In this document: positions 29,300 to 40,129 of the stretch, in pieces | Numbering within the stretch: the first letter of the stretch is position 1 | Layout: each line of letters opens with the position of its first letter | NCBI RefSeq assembly: GCF_006345805.1 | Contig: NC_043008.1 | Location: forward strand, 37,076,001-37,140,000 | Source of the DNA: Octopus sinensis | Taxonomy: Eukaryota | Direction of reading: 5' to 3' | Length of the DNA: 64,000 nt | Notes under the pieces: generated by a model | Database searches by the model: none | What the model saw: only the letters and a program-made list of their open reading frames with translations | Told to the model about the DNA's origin: nothing | Position numbers and translations under genes: made by a program

Positions 29300-29356
29300 G
29301 TCTTACAGCTGTTTCTGAGATATCCCAGAGTATGGGATATATCTGTCATCAGAAAC
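29300..29356 (-). ncRNA. Minimal type I hammerhead ribozyme-like motif (partly decayed) in a PLE-like relic
   Basis: Minus strand: gttt-CTGATGA-ca[gatatatccca tactc tgggatatc]tca-GAAAC-agct-GTA-agac. Core intact, 4-bp stem I, palindromic stem III, stem II base unpaired. Confidence 0.6.
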
Positions 29357-29971
29357 AAATAGGGAAAATGAGAAGGGTATAGATTAATGAAATGATGACA
29401 CAGAGGACAGGAATAAAGGAATAGAGAGATGAAGATAGAGAAGTAAAATGAAGGATAAAAGTTCACAGTTCAACTTTCTGATCTTGTAGAAATAAGGACA
29501 GGTGCAATTCTGCATAAATCCAAGTAGGTTAAATTCCTGATAGGGTAAACATCATTTCTTCCTCACACATGTACACACACACACACACATACTTTGATAC
29601 TTTGATAGGTTTCGGCCATTATTGGCCCAGGCCATGTCTAACTTAATAGCACCACCTGGTGCTATTTCCCATATATATACATTATATACATATAATTAAT
29701 TAATTAATAAGGGTGAGAGAATTAGATACTAATTTAATAGTATATCTATTCTACACCAAGGCCTAGTGCTCCGAGAAACCTGGATTATTATAATATTTTA
29801 TAATATATTATAATATTTTTACAAAATAAATATAAGAGAGTGGTCACTATATGGCTCACTCTAGCACCAGTTAATCCAAAAGGTTTCAACCACAAAAATA
29901 TACATGTTTCCCATGAAAGTCGGTACGATTGTTAGCTCACACGGACAGGGCAAATAAAAAATAACAAAATA

Positions 29972-30067
29972 CAGATTATTTTGGGACAATTGTTTCGCTA
30001 TTAATGAATTAAATGTAATATTACTTACAAAAAAATCCACTTGTAGCTCCTCAGCCAAAACTATCTG
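29972..30067 (-). ncRNA. Type I hammerhead ribozyme, copy 1 (intact core)
   Basis: Minus strand: cagatagttttgg-CTGAGGA-gcta-(43-nt extended helix/loop)-tagc-GAAAC-aatt-GTC^-ccaaaataatctg. Stem I pairs 12 of 13 positions; predicted cleavage between plus positions 29985 and 29984. Confidence 0.9.
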
Positions 30068-30507
30068 GATGAAATCCACTCAATCACACGCCAGATTTTA
30101 CCATAACGATAAATACGCGTGTGGTTCAATGATTACATCCGACGTTATAATCAAATGCCCCAACTAACAGCGCGCCAAATTCTCACGGAAAACAAATACA
30201 GCATTTAGAAATAAATGCAGCATAATTATAATTAATTAATAAGGGTGAGAGAATTAGATACTAATTTAATAGTATATCTATTCTACACCAAGTGGCCTAG
30301 TGCTCGAGAAACCTGGATTATTATAATATTTTATAATATATTATAATATTTTTACAAAATAAATATAAGAGAGTGGTCACTATATGGCTCACTCTAGCAC
30401 CAGTTAATCCAAAAGGTTTCAACCACAAAAATATACATGTTTCCCATGAAAGTCGGTACGACGATTGTTAGCTCACACGGACAGGGCAAATAAAAAATAA
30501 CAAAATA

Positions 30508-30603
30508 CAGATTATTTTGGGACAATTGTTTCACTATTAATGAATTAAATGTAATATTACTTACAAAAAAATCCACTTGTAGCTCCTCAGCCAAAACTAT
30601 CTG
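30508..30603 (-). ncRNA. Type I hammerhead ribozyme, copy 2
   Basis: As copy 1 except the stem II closing pair is G-U (plus strand gtttcacta instead of gtttcgcta). A third, half copy lies at 31040-31080. Confidence 0.85.
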
Positions 30604-31136
30604 GATGAAATCCACTCAATCACACGCCAGATTTTACCATAACGATAAATACGCGTGTGGTTCAATTGATTACATCCGACGTTATAATTCAAATGCCCCA
30701 ACTAACAGCGCGCCAAATTCTCACGGAAAACAAATACAGCATTTAGAAATAAATGCAGCATAATTAATTAATTAATAAGGGTGAGAGAATTAGATACTAA
30801 TTTAATAGTATATCTATTCTACACCAGTGGCCTAGTGCTCCGAGAAACCTGGATTATTATAATATTTTATAATATATTATAATATTTTTACAAAATAAAT
30901 ATAAGAGAGTGGTCACTATATGGCTCACTCTAGCACCAGTTAATCCAAAAGGTTTCAACCACAAAAATATACATGTTTCCCATGAAAGTCGGTACGATTG
31001 TTAGCTCACACGGACAGGCAAATAAAAAATAACAAAATACAGATTATTTTTGGACAATTGTTTCGCTATTAATGAATTAAATACATTATATACATATACA
31101 TATTATATATACACACACTATATATATATACACATA

Positions 31137-31184
<48 letters not shown>

Positions 31185-31206
31185 ATACACCATATATATA
31201 CATATA

Positions 31207-31569
31207 CTAGCACTATGACCCGGCAACGCTGGATCATACTGCTAGTACATGCATATACAGCTGCGTGTGTGTGCACATACACGTGAGTACTGTCCAAATC
31301 TCTGACCAATCACATACAGCTAGCTGACATTCAATTGGTGTATCAAGTTCTGGGCATTTTGATTGGGTTTTGGATAGAAAATTCACTAAAAGTCACTTCT
31401 ATTGAATTTTTAATGGCTTTGCAAGGTGACTGGGGAAATGTAAAGATGTACACGACCATCCTTGAACGATTTTGAATGACCATAGAAAGTGCGAGCTCTC
31501 TAACTAAAAAATTGTGGATTTGTATAAAGGACACACACACAGACATTTTGCCATTTATATATATAGAGA
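31207..31569 (-). mobile_element. Non-autonomous Helitron
   Basis: Minus strand starts TCtctatatatataaatggcaaaatgtctgtgtg and ends with a hairpin plus CTAG, inserted between A and T in a (TA)n context. Confidence 0.8.
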
Positions 31570-31618
31570 TATCTACATATATACATATATCTACATATAT
31601 GTATATCTACATATATAT

Positions 31619-31731
<113 letters not shown>

Positions 31732-33733
31732 TATATATACATATATACATGTACGCACACACACACACCGCACACACACATATACACCCATCAAACACAT
31801 CAACCATGTTCAAGAGTTATGAACCTCTGGTTTTTGCTCTTTCATTCTTTATTTATCAGTTGGTGGATTTGCAGTTCCATTTATTACTTTATTTATATTC
31901 TCTAGTTTTTGGTATGTTTTTTTTTCCTTTTCAGTTATGGATGTATCTATTTATGGAAGAGAAGTGAAAAACAAATAGAGCATTATATTTAAAAAAAAAA
32001 GCAAAAAGCAGAAGAAGATTAATATATAGAACAAGGGATCAAGAAATATATTATGATGTATTATGATATATTATTGTATATTACAACATTAGGTTAAAAA
32101 GGAGAAACATTTAGAAAAATATTTTTGGAAATGTTTTTTGCAGTAAACAATATTTTAGGTTACTTCTATCAGCATTGATTTTGAAAGAATTTTATATAAA
32201 TATCTCTGTACAAATAAGAATTCACTAATAAAATTATCATTGTTGTTGGTGTTGTCATCATTGTAGTTGTCATCATCATCATTACTATCTTCCTACTTTT
32301 CATCATCATTTTAATGTTCACTTCCCAATGCTTGCATGGGTCAGACAGAAGATGTTGAAGCAGATTTCAATATGGCCACATGCCCTTTCTGTTGCCAAGC
32401 CTCACCTGTTCCCAAGTAAGGTTTTATTTCCTTGTAATCAAACATGTTCTCACAGAAGAGTGGAAATGAGAACTGATTGCAATGCATGCTGTTTATAGCT
32501 ATCACACACACACACTTTCTGATCTTGTAGAAGTAAGTCCATAAGTCCTTAGGTGCAATTCTGCACACACACACACATGCATATATTATGAGCTTCAGCT
32601 GAATTCGCTCTCAGGGCACTGGTTGGCCTGAAGCTACAGCTGAAAACACTTCACCCACGATGCTGCACAACAGGATTGAACCTGAAACCACGTGGCTGGG
32701 AAGCAGACTTCTCAAGCACACAGCCATTCCTACAACTATACAAATATACAAATGCCTGTGTGTACTTGTGTGTGTGCAAAACACTTTGTACGTATATACT
32801 TACATCTATGTATACACCTATGTGATAATTTTCTAGATATGTTTGAATACAGACAGGTGGGGTTTGTTATTCTCTTATTCTTTCACTTGTTTCAGTTATT
32901 GACATTAGTCATGATGGGATCTACAGTAAAGGAATGAATGAATTGAGTAAAAGAATTAAGGAATTCATGTGTGTATGTAGGAATACGCCATTATTTATAG
33001 TTCATACACTTAGTATAATATAATACATGTAACACTTAATATAATGTAATATATGTAAACTTACATGGCAGACATAGAAACATATCAAATTTTCTTATTC
33101 TTCCATTGACTGAAAAAGAAGAAAAAAACTAATGAACAGCCTTCGTTAATTTTCGACCCTTATTGGTGCCTCATCAGAGGTGTCTACATCATTTGATCAA
33201 TTCTAGAAAAACAAGTAACCAATCCTTATATATATACATATCTAGTAGCTTCAGAGAACTGGAGCGACTAATTTGCATACCATAAATGTTTATTAGTCAA
33301 TTATATATTAGGGGTTTGTAACCAGGAAACCCAGCCCACACAATATCGGGTATGATATCAGTTGGCTTCCTTTCCAATCCCCTATTTCATCATTCCTTTA
33401 TTTCTAGTTCCCTAGGTTGTCAGATAATTTGTTTTCTACTTGGTACTCCCTCACCACGTGTCTTAAAAGACTATATTTATTCAAATTTCAGAAATGATAA
33501 ACGAAAGTTGAAGACGAAGAACAGAGCAGAAAAAAAAAAAAAAGCAAGTTACTATGATAAAATCATTTTCTGAGTTAATTCAAATAACTTGGAAAGGATT
33601 AGAATAAATGGAAAATAATGAATGAATTTAACAAATCAATACTTCAGTCGATGTATCAAAAATTCCAAAACTCCACCAAATCACAATATTCCTACCAATT
33701 AGTTAAATTCATTATTACAATACTTGATTCTTA

Positions 33734-34117
33734 TGTGGAGGGTCAATGGCCCAGTGATTATGGCAGCGGTCTCGCGGTCATAGGATCGCGGTTTCGATTC
33801 CCAGACCGGGCGTTGTGAGTGTTTATTGAGCGAAAACACCTAAAGCTCCATGAGGCTCTACTCCATGAGGCTCTACTCCTGCTGTACTCTTTCACCACAC
33901 CTTTCTCTCACTCTTACTTCCTGTTTCTGTTGTACCTGTATTTCAAAGGGCCGGCCTTGTCACTCTCTGTGTCACGCTGAATATCCCCGAGAACTACGTT
34001 AAGGGTGCACGTGTCTGTGGAGTGCTCAGCCACTTACACGTTAATTTCACGAGCAGGCTGTTCCGTTGATTCGGATCAACCGGAATCCTCGTCGTCGTAA
34101 CCGACGGAGTGCTCCTA
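33734..34117 (+). mobile_element. tRNA-derived SINE (family C), near full length with TSD
   Basis: gtggagggtcaatggcccagtga..ggtttcgattcccagacc head, A-rich tail, acttgattcttat 13-bp TSD. Confidence 0.95.
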
Positions 34118-34711
34118 AAAAAAACAAAAAAACTTGATTCTTATAAAAAGGTAATAATCATATCTTTTCAACGCCCTTATTCTTTTTCTCACAGAATCTA
34201 TCATTCCATTATTCTCTTCATTATTTTCCTTATATTTTCAAATTTTCCTCCTTAATCCTTAATGTAGCAAACTATCAATGCATTGTCCATTCATTCGCTT
34301 TTAAAAGACATCTTAACCTCTGGTCAAACTTAAATTCCAGTTCAGGCCACACCTCTAAGTCCAATTTCTAAGCAACTACTTCAGCATTACCAATTCTGTT
34401 AGTATAGCCTTCACACTGATCCTCTTACTTTTTCTCCTTCTTTTCCTTCATTGTCTTCTTTGTTCATCCTCTCCTCCAAAACAGTGCCTCTATCTTTCCC
34501 CTTCTGTTCCCTTTTTGCTATTTCTTCCTCTCTTCTTTTCTTTCATTATTTATCCTTTTACATTCAGCTCTGATATAAATTCAATTTACTCGTTCTGAGA
34601 AAGTCAGAAAGACTGAAACAGGATTACAACCCAGAAAGGCAGTCACTAATAAAGTTATGTCATTAACTTAGCTTCCAGAAGTACTTATCTAGCATGAAGA
34701 GACCTAAAGAA

Positions 34712-34767
<56 letters not shown>

Positions 34768-35164
34768 CTAGCAGTATCGCCTGGCGTTGCTCAGGTTTGT
34801 AAGGGAAATAACTATATAAGCACTTTTAGAGATGTAAAGTATAATAGCCATCTCAATATCGTTAACCACAAAGGGGGGGGGGTTATTGTAGCTTTTTACG
34901 TTCTGAGATTTGATAATAAATTTTTAGAGAGTTACTTCCCTTATATATGCCAAAAATGCATTAAAAATGGGAAAAATTGATGGTAAATTTTTTTTTAAAT
35001 CGTAGACTCATCGTAGACCTGTGCTAATACCCAGAAGGGCTCGATATGAATCACGACTATAAGATACCCGGTTTTGGTTAAACTGCACCGCAAAATGTGG
35101 GAGTAGTTAGGAATCTAAATCGTAGGAGACAGACAGCACACAACCTCACTTTTGTATATAAAGA
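34768..35164 (-). mobile_element. Non-autonomous Helitron
   Basis: Minus strand 5' TCtttatatacaaaagtgaggttgtgtgctgtctgtc; 3' cctgagcaacgccaggcgatactgCTAG; (TA)n target. Confidence 0.82.
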
Positions 35165-35337
35165 TATATATATATATATATATATATATTACACACACAC
35201 ACACCCACACACACATATTATATATTATATTATTATATATATATATATATTATATATGTGTATTATATATATATTTTCCAACGTTGTTACCGTGTTAGCT
35301 ATAACATAAGCATTTCCGCTATTACAATTATATATAT

Positions 35338-36512
35338 ATCATCATCATCATCATCATCATCATTTAGCGTCCGATTTCCATGCTAGCATGGGTTGGACGG
35401 TTCAACTGGGGTCTGGGGAGCCCGAAGGCTGCACCAGGCCAGTCAGATCTGGCAGTGTTTCTACAGCTGGATGCCCTTCCTAACGCCAACCACTCCGAGA
35501 GTGTAGTGGGTGATTTTATGTGCCACCGACACAGGTGCCAGACGAGGCTGGCGAACGGCCACGCTCGGATGGTGTTTTTATGTGCCACCGACACAGGTGC
35601 CAGACGAGGCTGGCAGACGGCCACGCTCGGATGGTGTTTATTTGCCACCGACACAGGTGCCAGATGAGGCTGGCGGACGGCCACGATCGGATGGTGTTTG
35701 TTACGTCCCCAAAGCACGGAGGCCAGTCTATGCGGTACTGGCTACGGCCACGTTCGGATGATTTTCTTGTGTGCCACCGGCACTGGTACCACAAAGATAC
35801 AAATTCCATTTATGTTCATCTATTTTGATTTGTTTTGATTTGATTTGATTTTCACTTGCCTCAACAGGTCTTCACAAGTGTCACTTGCCTCAACAGGTCT
35901 TCACAAGTGTCACAAGAAGGAAGGTATGCACAGGTGGACTGTCTGCGTCGCCGGGTCTTCGGATGGTGTCTTTATGTGCCACCGACACAGGTGCCAGATG
36001 TGGCTGGCGAACGGCCACGATCGGATGGTTTTCTTGTGCCACCGGTACTGGAACCACAAAGATACAAATTCCATTGATGTTCATCTATTTTGATTTGGTT
36101 TGATTTTCACTTGCCTCAACAGGTCTTCACAAGTGTCACGCGTGTCACACACTTGCCTCAACAGGTCTCCACAAGTGTCACACACTTGCCTCTGCCTCAA
36201 CAGGTCTTCACAAAGTGTCACACACTTGCCTCTGCCTCAACAGGTCTTCACAAGTGTCATAAGAGGGAAGGTATGCACAGGTGGACTGACTACGTCGCCG
36301 GGTCTTTGGATGGTGTTTTTATGTGCCACCGACACAGGTGCCAGGTGAGGCTGGCGAACGGCCACGATCAGATGGTGTTTGTTGTGCCCACAGCACGGAG
36401 GCCAGTCGATGCGGTACCAGCTACGGCCACTTCGGATGGTTTTCTTGTGTGCCACCGGTACTGGAACCACAAAGATACAAATTCCATTGATATTCATCTA
36501 TTTTGATTTGGT
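35338..36512 (-). mobile_element. RTE 3'UTR-derived element with internal tandem repeats
   Basis: (CAT)n tail, gcccttcctaacgccaaccactccgagagtgtagtggg, ~61-bp units (tgccaccgacacaggtgccagacgaggctggc..cggatggtg) and three larger blocks ending cacaaagatacaaattccatt. Confidence 0.9.
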
Positions 36513-36587
36513 TATATATATGTATATGTATATATGTATATTATATATATATATATTTGTATATATATATATATATATATATATTTG

Positions 36588-36619
<32 letters not shown>

Positions 36620-36729
36620 ATATATATATAATTGTAATAGCGGAAATGCTTTTGTTATAGCTAACACAGTGGTAACAACGTCGGAAAATGAAGTCAGAAC
36701 TGCCATATATATACAAATAAATATGATAA

Positions 36730-37068
36730 ATACTCATGCAGAGAATAATCAAAATTCCTATTGATGAAGCTCTATGTGAGTACAAGTCTTGTATATAAAT
36801 GTACCGTGCACACAAGGGAGGGCTGTATGTTTACATTGGAGAGACATCTGGTTCATTTAAGAATTGTTATCGCAACCATGTTGCCAGCTTCAAGAGAATC
36901 GATAAGAGACCTTCAGCATTTTTGGTCGATTTTGTGTGGCAACTGAAGGAAGATTAAATTAAGTATAACATAACTTGGTCCATAGTAAGGCACGTGAAAC
37001 CAGAGACTGTCATTTCCAGAAGGTGCCAACTCTGCTCCGAGGAATCCTCATCTATTCTGTGGACCAAT
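36730..37068 (+). pseudogene. Penelope-type GIY-YIG endonuclease relic
   Basis: SCRE*..STSLVYKCTVHTREG /frameshift/ LYVYIGETSGSFKNCYRNHVASFKRIDKRPSAFLVDFVWQLKED*IKYNITWSIVRHVKPETVISRRCQLCSEESSSIL: LVY..YIG motifs, R-N-H, W..I and CxLC as in PLE endonucleases. Confidence 0.88.
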
Positions 37069-39077
37069 GTCTATTCTGTGGACCAGTGTATATTCTGTGG
37101 ACCAATGTCTATTCTGTGGACCAATGTCTATTCTGTGGACCAATGTCTATTCTGTGGACCAATATCTATTCTGTGGACCAATGTCTATTCTGTGGACCAA
37201 TGTCTATTCTGTGGACCAATGTCTATTCTGTGGACCAATATCTATTCTGTAGACCAATGTCTATTCTGTAGACCAATGTCTATTCTGTGGACCAATGTCT
37301 ATTCTGTGGACCAATGTCTATTCTGTGGACCAATATCTATTCTGTGGACCAATATCTATTCTGTGGACCAATGTCTATTCTGTGGACCAATGTCTATTCT
37401 GTGGACCAATATCTATTCTGTAGACCAATATCTATTCTGTAGACCAATGTCTATTCTGTAGACCAATATCTATTCTGTGGACCAATGTCTATTCTGTGGA
37501 CCAATGTCTATTCTGTGGACCAATGTCTATTCTGTGGACCAATATCTATTCTGTAGACCAATGTCTATTCTGTAGACCAATGTCTATTCTGTGGACCAAT
37601 GTCTATTCTGTGGACCAATGTCTATTCTGTGGACCAATGTCTATTCTGTGGACCAATATCTATTCTGTGGACCAATGTCTATTCTGTGGACCAATGTCTA
37701 TTCTGTGGACCAATGTCTATTCTGTGGACCAATGTCTATTCTGTGGACCAATATCTATTCTGTAGACCAATGTCTATTCTGTAGACCAATATCTATTCTG
37801 TGGACCAATGTCTATTCTGTGGACCAATGTCTATTCTATAGACCAATGTCTATTCTGTGGACCAATGTCTATTCTGTGGACCAATGTCTATTCTGTGGAC
37901 CAGTGTCTATTCTGTGGACCAATGTCTATTCTGTGGACCAATGTCTATTCTGTGGACCAATATCTATTCTGTGGACCAATGTCTATTCTGTGGACCAATA
38001 TCTATTCTGTGGACCAATATCTATTCTGTGGACCAATGTCTATTCTGTGGACCAATGTCTATTCTGCAGACCAATATCTATTCTGCAGACCAATATCTAT
38101 TCTGTGGACCAATGTCTATTCTGTGGACCAATATCTATTATGTGGACCAATATCTATTCTGTGGACCAATGTCTATTCTGTGGACCAATGTCTATTCTGT
38201 GGACCAATATCTATTCTGTGGACCAATGTCTATTCTGTGGACCAATATCTATTCTGTGGACCAATATCTATTCTGTGGATCAATGTCTATTCTGTAGACC
38301 AATGTCTATTCTGTAGACCAATATCTATTCTGTGGACCAATGTCTATTCTGTGGACCAATGTCTATTCTGTGGACCAATGTCTATTCTGTAGACCAATAT
38401 CTATTCTGTGGACCAATGTCTATTCTGTGGACCAATATCTATTCTGTGGACCAATGTCTATTCTGTGGACCAATGTCTATTCTGTGGACCAATGTCTATT
38501 CTGTGGACCAATATCTATTCTGTAGACCAATGTCTATTCTGTAGACCAATATCTATTCTGTGGACCAATGTCTATTCTGTGGACCAATGTCTATTCTGTG
38601 GACCAATGTCTATTCTGTGGACCAATGTCTATTCTGTGGACCAATGTCTATTCTGTGGACCAATATCTATTCTGTGGACCAATGTCTATTCTGTGGACCA
38701 ATGTCTATTCTGTGGACCAATGTCTATTTTGTGGACCAATATCTATTCTGTGGACCAATGTCTATTCTGTGGACCAATGTCTATTCTGTGGACCAATGTC
38801 TATTCTGTGGACCAATATCTATTCTGTGGACCAATATCTATTCTGTGGACCAATGTCTATTCTGTGGACCAATGTCTATTCTGTGGACCAATGTCTATTC
38901 TGTGGACCAATATCTATTCTGTAGACCAATGTCTATTCTGTAGACCAATATCTATTCTGTGGACAAATGTCTATTCTGTGGACCAATGTCTATTCTGTGG
39001 ACCAATGTCTATTCTGTGGACCAATATCTATTCTGTGGACCAATGATAATTCTGTGGACCAATGTCTATTCTGTGGA
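37051..39077. repeat. 19-bp minisatellite (TCTATTCTGTGGACCAATG) x ~107
   Basis: Directly visible 2027-bp array; main variants AATG/AATA and GTGG/GTAG. Confidence 0.99.
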
Positions 39078-39240
39078 TCTTTAATAGAATTTTTGAAAGA
39101 CTCTTAAGATGCCCTCATGCATATGAATGTGCTTTTGCACAATGCAGTCGGAATGAATTTTGAGTAAGCATTAACTTAATTTACTTTATGGCGTGGATTA
39201 CTTAAGTTTACTTTTAAACTCCCCATTCTTATAAACACCA

Positions 39241-39666
39241 GGTAGATATGGCTGTGTGGTAAGTAGCTTGCTCACGAACCACATGGTTGCAGGTTCAATC
39301 CCACTGTGATGCACCTTGGGCAAGTGTCTTCTACTATAGCCTTGGGCCAACCAAAGCCTTGTGAGTGGATTTGGTAGATGGAAACTGAAAGAAGCCTGTT
39401 GTATGTATATATATGTGTGTGTGTGTGTGTGTGTATGTATACGTTTGTGTGTCTGTGTTTGTCCCCCCAACATTGTTTGACAACCGATGCTGGTGTGTTT
39501 ATGTCCCCATAACTTAGCTGTTCAGCATAAGAGACCGATAGAATAAGTACTAGGCTTACAAAGAATAAGTCCTGGGGTCAATTTGCTCGACCAAAGGCGG
39601 TGCTCCAGTATGGCCATAGCCAAATGACTGAAACAAGTAAAAGAGTAAAAAACAGAGTAAGAGTAA
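39241..39666 (+). mobile_element. Family-A SINE nested in the PLE 3' region
   Basis: ggctgtgtggtaagtagcttg head through (taaaagag)n tail. Confidence 0.93.
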
Positions 39667-39957
39667 ACTAACTTGCTTTGCGATCATGAGTGCACCAAAC
39701 CTCGCGTGTGCATATGCTTACATTTTTGTGGATGCTTGTATGAGCAAGTGTACACACACCATCCAGCTTGCGTAAACACACCATCCATATCTGTAAATGG
39801 TTACTTTTAATACTTTTCTTACTGTATCGTGTGTTCATTTCTTTTTTTGCTTCTGTGATTTTTATTTTTGGTCTTCTATATAAATGAAGATACTTCCTTT
39901 GTTTTGCTGCTTTTCTTTCAACAAAATGAGAAGATACATTGCGGGACTGTTATTTTA

Positions 39958-40096
39958 ATGAGTTCCATCTGTTTATCACCTGATGAGATGCATCTGCACC
40001 ACTGGATGTTCCTGAACCAGTTGTTAAATGTCCCACCCATGAGGGATTGATGCTAGATGTTTCAAAACAATTGTCATGATTAATAGGAATTCTCAT
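39958..40096 (+). ncRNA. Decayed type I hammerhead ribozyme of the PLE
   Basis: atgagttcc..ttatcac-CTGATGA(39980)-gatgcatct..agatgtttc-AAAAC(40064; canonical GAAAC)-aatt-GTC-atgattaa..ggaattctcat; extended stems I and II still pair. Confidence 0.75.
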
Positions 40097-40129
40097 ATAT
40101 TCCATCTTCCGTCTTTCATTTACCATACA

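Larger units (their letters stand above)
29695..31080 (-). mobile_element. Retrozyme-like tandem array: 2.6 head-to-tail copies of a ~534-bp non-coding unit
   Basis: Marker gggtgagagaattag at 29711, 30243 and 30779 (periods 532/536); units nearly identical; atacattatatacatata duplicated at 29677-29694 and 31081-31098; each full unit contains a hammerhead. Confidence 0.85.

Noticed and set aside
29861-30615. Duplicated 72-73 aa ORFs in the tandem array
   Set aside because: Non-ATG start, no domain, overlap the hammerhead; the RNA structure explains the unit better.
33734-33810. tRNA gene candidates (also 6898, 21580, 50282, 55656)
   Set aside because: tRNA-like A/B boxes continue into SINE bodies with tails and TSDs; no proper cloverleaf or terminator.
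35510-36500. CRISPR-like regular repeats
   Set aside because: Units repeat along their whole length with no unique spacers, no cas genes, eukaryotic LINE 3'UTR context. The same applies to the 19-bp array.
36975-39046. Long Cys/Trp-rich ORFs (up to 241 aa)
   Set aside because: Translations of the 19-bp minisatellite in rotating frames; not a gene.
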